Below are positions 1 through 5,105 of a DNA stretch of 5,105 nt, piece by piece. The translations under genes were made by a program, and so were the position numbers. Origin of the DNA: a virus (taxonomy: Duplodnaviria > Heunggongvirae > Uroviricota > Caudoviricetes); the IMG/VR virus record IMGVR_UViG_2778261591_000001, positions 1 through 5,105 of that record; one strand, written 5' to 3'. Below the pieces are notes generated by a model, which saw only the letters and a list, made by a program, of their open reading frames with translations, was not told the origin of the DNA and did no database searches. The first letter of the stretch is position 1, and the number at the start of each line of letters is the position of its first letter.

Positions 1-7
1 GGACCAG

Positions 8-892
8 ATGGCAGAAAACACACCAGAAGTTGAAATCGAAACCGACGCGTCAGAGCAGATTCCTGATGATGTCGAACTGGCTGAAGAAGTCGAAACAGAA
101 GATGGCAGTGAGTCCTCCGGCAATGATGCAGAGGAAGCTACTGAAACTGATGACGACGAATCAGAGCAGGAATTCTACTTTGGTGACGAAAAGCTGGATT
201 CGCCAACCAGCGAAGATGGCGCAGAGCATGGACTGGTAAAACACTTGCGCAAGACGATTAAAGAGAAAGACCGTGAGCTGAAAGAGCTGATGCGTCAGTC
301 TCAGAAACCCGTCGAGCAGCAGCCGGTAATCACTCAACCACCGCGAATGCCAAAACTGGATGATGAGGACATCGGTTTCGATGAAGAAATCTATCAGCAA
401 CGCATGGCTAAGTGGGCAGAGGATAACGGCAAGTACCAGGAGCAAATACGAGAGCGGAAACGAGAGGAAGAGGCGCGTACCGCAACGCTTCAGCAGAAAG
501 CAGCCAATTACATGCATAGAGTAAAAGCACTGAAAGTGGCTGGCTACCAAGATGCAGAGCAGGCTGTACGCGAAGATGTTCCTGTTCACATTCAGGACAT
601 GATCCTTCTTGAGTCAGAGAAGCCGGAAATCGTTGTTCTGGCACTCGGCCGCAACGCTGAACTGCGCAAGCAACTGGCAGAAGCTACAAACCCCGTAGCA
701 ATTGGTCGTCTGCTGGAACGTATCGAATCGAAGGCCAGAATCATGCCAAAAGCAAAAACCACGGCAGCCACAACCCCGACAGTTAAGGGGAGCAACGGCG
801 CAGTAATCAACAACCTCGACAAATTGAAAGCCAGGGCGCTGGAAACTGGTGACTGGACGCCGTATTTCGCCGCTAAAAAGGCAAAAAAATAA
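8..892 (+). CDS. Phage scaffolding protein (P22 gp8-like); start taken at first in-window ATG, so the true 5' end could lie upstream
   Basis: 294-aa ORF directly upstream of the coat gene. Strongly acidic, low-complexity N-terminal ~70 aa (D/E/S/T-rich), a central charged helical region (KEKDRELKELMRQ, REEEARTATLQQKAANYMHRVKALK) and a basic C-terminus (GDWTPYFAAKKAKK) that resembles the coat-binding helix-turn-helix tail of P22 scaffolding protein as I recall it. Size and position match scaffold genes of P22-like phages. Confidence 0.8.
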   Translation: MAENTPEVEIETDASEQIPDDVELAEEVETEDGSESSGNDAEEATETDDDESEQEFYFGDEKLDSPTSEDGAEHGLVKHLRKTIKEKDRELKELMRQSQKPVEQQPVITQPPRMPKLDDEDIGFDEEIYQQRMAKWAEDNGKYQEQIRERKREEEARTATLQQKAANYMHRVKALKVAGYQDAEQAVREDVPVHIQDMILLESEKPEIVVLALGRNAELRKQLAEATNPVAIGRLLERIESKARIMPKAKTTAATTPTVKGSNGAVINNLDKLKARALETGDWTPYFAAKKAKK

Positions 893-898
893 CCTATC

Positions 899-902
899 GG
901 AG
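899..902 (+). promoter_or_regulatory. Shine-Dalgarno (GGAG) for the coat gene
   Basis: GGAG lies 8 nt upstream of the ATG at 911, inside the 18-nt gap between the scaffold stop (TAA 890-892) and the coat start. Confidence 0.6.
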
Positions 903-910
903 CATTAAGC

Positions 911-2164
911 ATGGCTAACCAATTAGCAAAAGACCTTGAAATCATGTTCGAAAACTACGTTGAAGGCTTTGAGGCCGCCTGCGTAGTTTCCCGTAACGCT
1001 AAAAAATTCCGTCCCGGTGATACAGCAATGCAGCGAGCAGGTGATGTTCTGTATCGTCCGCAGCATTACCACATGAACATTGAGGAAGGCCTCGACCTCA
1101 GCAGCAAAACGCCAACAGCACTGGTTCAGCGCCTTGTTCCTTCTGTGTTCAAGGAGCCGAAAAACATTCTGTACACTCTGGATGCGCGTGAAATGCGTGA
1201 CCCTGAACATAAAACTGAAGCTGGTCGCGCCGCAGGTATGCGCCTTGCTGCACAGATTGACTCTGACCTGATTTCCATGGTTACGCAGCGTGCTACTAAC
1301 GTGATCACAATGTCTGACTCAACCACAGGTACACAGGGCCGTGATTTGTGGAACTGTGCGGCAGGTATTGATGCCACCATGACGGCGATTGGTGTACCTC
1401 AGGGTATCAACCGTCGCTCTTTCTGGAACCCCTTCAACTACAAAGACCTTGCTGGCGAGCTTGGTCACCGTGCCTACGCTCAGGGCGCAACCCTGACAGC
1501 ATACGAAAAAGCGCAGATCCCTCCGGTTGCTTCCTTTGATAGCTACAAGACCGATATTTCTGGTCGATTACCGAAAGGAAGCGCTGAATCCTTGACAGTA
1601 TCAGGCCAACCTGAACACAAGGTTGAAGCGAAAGATTCAAATGGTATGCCAGTTGATAACCGACAGGGGACTATTACGGTATCTGCATCTGGCTTGCAGG
1701 TTGGTGATGCGTTCACCATTGCCGGTGTGAATTCCGTACACCAGATCACAAAAGATACCACCGGGCAACCGCAGGTATTCCGTGTTCTGGCTGTTAGCGG
1801 AACTACCGTAACAATCTCTCCAAAGATTCTCCCTGTTGAAAATGCCGATGTTGCGAGTCGTCCATATGCAAACGTCGATGCCAAACCGGCAGAATCAGCA
1901 GCAATCACCATTCTCAACAAGAACGCAGCACCGGCTAACCTATTCTGGGCTGATGGTTCTGTTGAACTGATGTACGGCAAACTGGCATTCCCGACTGGTC
2001 AGGGGCCACAGGTAATGACAGCAACCACCGAGCAGGGCGCTACGCTGATCATGTCTTACGCCTTCGACCACATCAAAGGCGTAACCACTGCACGTTTCAC
2101 CACTCTGTACGGTTGCTCTGTACTGGTTCCTGAATATACGGGCATCGTTATTGCCGGGCAGTAA
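911..2164 (+). CDS. Major capsid (coat) protein, P22 gp5-like HK97 fold with an inserted domain
   Basis: 417-aa ORF with SD and ATG start. Several segments align by eye with my recollection of P22 coat protein: FRPGDTAMQRAGDVLYRPQ against P22 [21 protein letters not shown], and RPYANVDAKPAESAAITILNKNAAPANLFWADGSVEL against P22 [37 protein letters not shown]. Length is close to P22 coat (430 aa) and the gene sits in the expected scaffold-coat order. Confidence 0.9.
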   Translation: MANQLAKDLEIMFENYVEGFEAACVVSRNAKKFRPGDTAMQRAGDVLYRPQHYHMNIEEGLDLSSKTPTALVQRLVPSVFKEPKNILYTLDAREMRDPEHKTEAGRAAGMRLAAQIDSDLISMVTQRATNVITMSDSTTGTQGRDLWNCAAGIDATMTAIGVPQGINRRSFWNPFNYKDLAGELGHRAYAQGATLTAYEKAQIPPVASFDSYKTDISGRLPKGSAESLTVSGQPEHKVEAKDSNGMPVDNRQGTITVSASGLQVGDAFTIAGVNSVHQITKDTTGQPQVFRVLAVSGTTVTISPKILPVENADVASRPYANVDAKPAESAAITILNKNAAPANLFWADGSVELMYGKLAFPTGQGPQVMTATTEQGATLIMSYAFDHIKGVTTARFTTLYGCSVLVPEYTGIVIAGQ

Positions 2165-2170
2165 TTTTGG

Positions 2171-2194
2171 TGGGGCTTCGGCCCCATTTTTATT
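2171..2194 (+). terminator. Rho-independent terminator-like hairpin just downstream of the coat gene
   Basis: Seen directly: TGGGGC (2171-2176), TTCG loop (2177-2180), GCCCCA (2181-2186), then TTTTTATT (2187-2194). This is a 6-bp GC-rich stem with a UUCG tetraloop and a U-tract, starting 7 nt after the coat stop codon (TAA 2162-2164). Confidence 0.6.
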
Positions 2195-2205
2195 GGGAGA
2201 AGACA

Positions 2206-2394
2206 ATGGCACGAACAATGCTCTATAAGCCGGGCAACATGATCACCTGTGGTCAGTTTGCTGTCGATTACATCATTGTTGATGACGAAGAAGTTAAATC
2301 TCACCTGAAAAAAGGTTGGGTAAAAACTCCTGAAGAAACCGCAACGAAGCAAAAAGTGGCTAAGGCGGAAGAAGATGGCGAAAACGAAGGGTGA
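2206..2394 (+). CDS. Small hypothetical protein (62 aa) between coat and tail-adaptor genes; function unknown
   Basis: The ORF track gives 2167..2394 from a TTG start, but that start would run through the terminator hairpin. The ATG at 2206 has a GGGAGA Shine-Dalgarno (2195-2200) 5 nt upstream, so I place the start there. Product MARTMLYKPGNMITCGQFAVDYIIVDDEEV... has an acidic/lysine-rich C-terminal tail. Its stop overlaps the downstream gene start by 20 nt. I recall P22-like phages carrying a small ORF at this position, but cannot verify it. Confidence 0.5.
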   Translation: MARTMLYKPGNMITCGQFAVDYIIVDDEEVKSHLKKGWVKTPEETATKQKVAKAEEDGENEG

Positions 2395-2836
2395 TCTCGT
2401 TCTAAAGGCTTTACGAAAAGCCGGGCTGTATTCCAATGCCACGTTGACAGATGCTGACCCTCAGGCAATTGAAGATGCCATTAATGACCTCGAAGACATG
2501 ATGGCAGCATGGCAGGCGAAAGGTATCGAGCTTGGGTATCAGTTTGCTGATACAGAAAACGGCATCATGCCGTTACCTGACGATGATTCAGGTATCCCCG
2601 CATGGGCAAATGATGGTGTCGCTTTGAAACTCGCTGTGCAAGTGTGCATGGATAACGTCATTCAGCCGTCAGACGCTCTCCTTACCGCTGCTGACAGTGC
2701 ATATCAGACAATCTGCATCGCTTTAACCAAAATACCACCACTTGAGCGGCGAAATGACATGCCTCGCGGTAGTGGCAACAAAAGCGCGTTTACGTGGAAT
2801 CGGTTTTACATCGAGAAAGATGATCAGAGTACGTGA
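2375..2836 (+). CDS. Head-completion / head-to-tail adaptor protein (P22 gp4-like)
   Basis: 153-aa ORF. The N-terminus MAKTKGDLVLKALRKAGLYSNATLTDADPQAIEDAINDLEDMMAAWQ closely parallels P22 gp4 as I recall it (M-x-x-KTKGDLV..AALRKLGV.SDATLTDVEPQ...DDLEAMMAEW). A C-terminal RGSGN motif is also shared. Position is directly upstream of the gp10-like gene, with AAGG/GGAAGAAG purine-rich SD upstream of the ATG. Confidence 0.9.
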   Translation: MAKTKGDLVLKALRKAGLYSNATLTDADPQAIEDAINDLEDMMAAWQAKGIELGYQFADTENGIMPLPDDDSGIPAWANDGVALKLAVQVCMDNVIQPSDALLTAADSAYQTICIALTKIPPLERRNDMPRGSGNKSAFTWNRFYIEKDDQST

Positions 2837-2841
2837 GGTGA
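2836..2841 (+). promoter_or_regulatory. Shine-Dalgarno (GAGGTG) for the tail hub gene, overlapping the stop codon of the preceding gene
   Basis: The motif tGAGGTGaataaATG is visible in sequence: TGA stop of the adaptor gene at 2834-2836, GAGGTG at 2836-2841, ATG at 2846. Confidence 0.6.
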
Positions 2842-2845
2842 ATAA

Positions 2846-4264
2846 ATGCCGATTCAGCAACTTCCGCTTATGAAAGGTGTCGGCAAAGATTTCCGAAACG
2901 CCGACTATATCGACTATCTGCCAGTGAATATGTTGGCTACACCCAAAGAAATCCTCAACAGCAGCGGATATCTTCGCTCATTCCCGGGCATTGCCAAACG
3001 TTCTGATGTGAACGGTGTATCTCGAGGCGTCGAGTACAACATGGCGCAGAATGCTGTCTATCGTGTGTGTGGCGGCAAGCTCTACAAAGGAGAAAGTGAA
3101 GTCGGTGATGTTGCCGGAAGTGGTCGCGTATCAATGGCGCATGGTCGTACATCTCAGGCGGTAGGCGTTAATGGTCAACTGGTCGAGTATCGCTATGATG
3201 GCACGGTTAAAACCGTCTCAAACTGGCCTACAGACAGCGGATTCACGCAGTATGAGTTAGGCTCAGTCCGCGACATTACGCGCTTACGTGGGCGTTATGC
3301 GTGGTCAAAAGACGGCACTGATTCATGGTTTATCACTGACCTTGAAGACGAATCGCATCCTGACCGCTACAGCGCACAATATCGCGCAGAATCTCAGCCG
3401 GACGGCATCATCGGTATCGGAACATGGCGAGACTTCATCGTCTGCTTTGGTTCATCGACGATTGAATATTTCTCCCTGACTGGCGCAACCACCGTTGGTG
3501 CTGCTTTGTATGTCGCCCAGCCATCATTGATGGTGCAAAAAGGCATCGCCGGGACTTACTGCAAAACGCCGTTTGCTGATTCCTATGCTTTCATCAGCAA
3601 TCCGGCAACAGGTGCGCCGTCTGTATACATCATCGGCTCCGGTCAGGTGTCACCAATCGCCAGCGCGAGCATTGAGAAAATCCTCCGCTCCTACACTGCT
3701 GATGAACTGGCTGATGGTGTGATGGAATCGTTGCGGTTTGATGCTCATGAGTTGCTGATTATCCATCTTCCGCGCCATGTTCTGGTGTACGACGCATCTT
3801 CAAGCGCCAATGGTCCGCAATGGTGTGTGCTGAAGACAGGCCTGTATGACGATGTGTACCGCGCTATCGACTTCATTTACGAAGGCAATCAGATAACGTG
3901 CGGCGATAAGCTGGAATCTGTCACCGGGAAACTGCAATTCGATATCAGCAGCCAGTATGACAAGCAGCAGGAACACCTGCTGTTTACTCCACTCTTCAAA
4001 GCAGATAACGCCAGATGCTTTGATCTGGAGGTGGAATCATCGACGGGTGTTGCTCAGTACGCTGACCGCCTGTTCCTATCGGCAACCACTGACGGCATCA
4101 ATTACGGACGTGAGCAGATGATTGAGCAGAATGAACCGTTCGTTTACGACAAGCGCGTTTTGTGGAAGCGTGTCGGGCGCATCAGGAAAAATGTCGGCTT
4201 CAGATTGCGCGTTATCACGAAGTCACCTGTCACTCTGTCAGGCTGCCAGATAAGGATTGAGTAA
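2846..4264 (+). CDS. Tail hub / tail tube protein (P22 gp10-like)
   Basis: 472-aa ORF, the length I recall for P22 gp10, lying between the gp4-like and gp26-like genes in the canonical P22 order. Strong SD and ATG start; its stop overlaps the next start (TAATG at 4262-4266). Start [16 protein letters not shown]. Confidence 0.85.
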   Translation: MPIQQLPLMKGVGKDFRNADYIDYLPVNMLATPKEILNSSGYLRSFPGIAKRSDVNGVSRGVEYNMAQNAVYRVCGGKLYKGESEVGDVAGSGRVSMAHGRTSQAVGVNGQLVEYRYDGTVKTVSNWPTDSGFTQYELGSVRDITRLRGRYAWSKDGTDSWFITDLEDESHPDRYSAQYRAESQPDGIIGIGTWRDFIVCFGSSTIEYFSLTGATTVGAALYVAQPSLMVQKGIAGTYCKTPFADSYAFISNPATGAPSVYIIGSGQVSPIASASIEKILRSYTADELADGVMESLRFDAHELLIIHLPRHVLVYDASSSANGPQWCVLKTGLYDDVYRAIDFIYEGNQITCGDKLESVTGKLQFDISSQYDKQQEHLLFTPLFKADNARCFDLEVESSTGVAQYADRLFLSATTDGINYGREQMIEQNEPFVYDKRVLWKRVGRIRKNVGFRLRVITKSPVTLSGCQIRIE

Positions 4265-5105
4265 TGGCTGATTCGAATCTCAACACCCCTGTTATTATGC
4301 AGGCGACGCGGCTCGATACATCAATCCTTCCACGCAATATATTCAGCCAGTCTTACCTGCTTTACGTTATCGCACAGGGTACTGATGTTGGTAACGTGGC
4401 GAACAAGGCCAACGAGGCCGGACAGGGCGCTTATGACGCACAAGTCAGGAACGATGAGCAGGATGTGATTCTCGCTGACCATGAGCAGCGAATTTCTGCA
4501 GCGGAAGCAACGCTTGTTAATCATGAGGAGCGAATCAGTCAGGCAGAATCAACTCTTCAGGACCATGAAACACGAATAGCTCAGAATGAAAGCGATATTG
4601 CGTCGCTTGATACCAGAGTTCAGTCGCTGGAGTCGCAGGTTTCAGACCATGAAACGCGCATCGATGCTCTGGAGTATGCCACTACTCGCAAGAAGTCAGA
4701 GGTTGTTTACTCTGGCGTATCTGTAACCATCCCGACAGCGCCGACCAACCTTGTTAGCCTGCTGAAAACGCTCACGCCGTCATCCGGCACGTTGGCACCA
4801 TTCTTCGACACCGTTAACAACAAGATGGTTGTGTTCAACGAGAACAAAACCTTGTTCTTCAAGCTGTCGATTGTCGGGACGTGGCCCAGCGGAACCGCCA
4901 ACAGGTCAATGCAGCTAACCTTTTCCGGCTCTGTCCCTGACACGCTGGTAAGCAGTCGTAATGCGGCGACAACGACCGATAACATCCTGTTAGCTACGTT
5001 CTTCAGCGTGGATAAAGACGGCTTTCTTGCCACAAATGGCAGCACGTTAACCATTCAGTCTAATGGTGCGGCATTTACTGCCACAACCATCAAAATCATT
5101 GCGGA
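4264..5105 (+). CDS. Tail needle / cell-envelope-penetrating plug protein (P22 gp26-like), 3'-truncated by the window end
   Basis: Open frame from ATG 4264 to the window end with no stop (I translated it manually, at least 280 aa). This ORF is absent from the supplied track, which lists only stop-terminated ORFs. The N-terminus [63 protein letters not shown] is near-identical in pattern to the P22 gp26 N-terminus as I recall it ([43 protein letters not shown]...). It is followed by D-H-E-x-R-I heptad-type repeats and a beta-rich C-terminal region. Confidence 0.85.
   Translation, partial: MADSNLNTPVIMQATRLDTSILPRNIFSQSYLLYVIAQGTDVGNVANKANEAGQGAYDAQVRNDEQDVILADHEQRISAAEATLVNHEERISQAESTLQDHETRIAQNESDIASLDTRVQSLESQVSDHETRIDALEYATTRKKSEVVYSGVSVTIPTAPTNLVSLLKTLTPSSGTLAPFFDTVNNKMVVFNENKTLFFKLSIVGTWPSGTANRSMQLTFSGSVPDTLVSSRNAATTTDNILLATFFSVDKDGFLATNGSTLTIQSNGAAFTATTIKIIA
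4477..4669 (+). repeat. Imperfect periodic direct repeats (GACCATGA[G/A]...CG[A/C]AT units, 42-nt or 84-nt spacing) encoding the coiled-coil of the tail needle
   Basis: Seen in sequence: gaccatgagcagcgaatttct (4477), catgaggagcgaatcag (4522), gaccatgaaacacgaatagct (4561), gaccatgaaacgcgcatcgat (4646). They encode DHEQRIS / HEERIS / DHETRIA / DHETRID, i.e. a 14-aa (two-heptad) period. Confidence 0.6.

Noticed and set aside
1-7. Possible 3' end of an upstream portal gene in the first 7 nt
   Set aside because: Too little sequence to evaluate, so no feature is reported.
30-239. Forward-strand alternative-frame ORFs 30..239, 1080..1271, 2955..3152 (-), 3288..3479, 4321..4524 (-) and 4707..5054 (-)
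   Set aside because: Each is nested within a longer, homology-supported gene in another frame or strand. There is no evidence for overprinting.
161-945. Reverse-strand ORFs 161..589 (142 aa), 408..644 (78 aa) and 592..945 (117 aa)
   Set aside because: They lie entirely antisense to the well-supported scaffolding gene and have no recognisable SD context. Their products are hydrophobic and low-complexity, typical of shadow ORFs. Most likely spurious.
2167-2205. TTG start at 2167 proposed by the ORF track for the small ORF (75-aa version)
   Set aside because: This start would place the terminator hairpin and U-tract inside the coding region and has no SD. The ATG at 2206 with GGGAGA 5 nt upstream is a far better start.
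923-2442. Reverse-strand ORFs antisense to the coat gene (923..1210, 1126..1380, 1434..1640, 1543..1980, 1940..2218, 2056..2442)
   Set aside because: They overlap the coat gene, which has strong recalled homology to P22 coat. They are frame shadows with no independent support.
4477-4669. Possibility that the periodic repeats are a CRISPR array or another non-coding repeat element
   Set aside because: The repeats are imperfect and in-frame within a continuous ORF, and they encode heptad coiled-coil units. There are no uniform spacers or leader. They are coding repeats.
1-5105. Search for an embedded defense system, toxin-antitoxin pair, moron or mobile element
   Set aside because: The window is occupied end to end by co-directional morphogenesis genes with gaps of 45 nt or less. 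There is no intergenic space, no opposite-strand gene with credible signals, no integrase or transposase motifs and no tRNA. In P22-like phages accessory loci usually lie outside this block.

Overview
The whole window reads as one co-directional (+ strand) block of a P22-like (short-tailed, Lederbergvirus-type) phage or prophage virion-assembly module, in the canonical order scaffolding protein, coat protein, small conserved ORF, head-completion/tail-adaptor (gp4-like), tail hub (gp10-like), tail needle (gp26-like, cut off at the window's 3' end). Genes are tightly packed with Shine-Dalgarno sequences before each start and two overlapping stop/start junctions, and there is no room for an inserted accessory cassette. 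All homology calls rest on my recollection of P22-family proteins and on sequence features visible here; no database search was run. I do not see a previously undescribed system in this window. The points worth a second look are a textbook hairpin terminator directly after the coat gene, a 62-aa ORF of unknown function between coat and adaptor, and a mosaic tail needle with a repetitive coiled-coil and a non-P22-type beta-rich C-terminal domain. All reverse-strand ORFs in the track look like spurious shadows of the forward genes.
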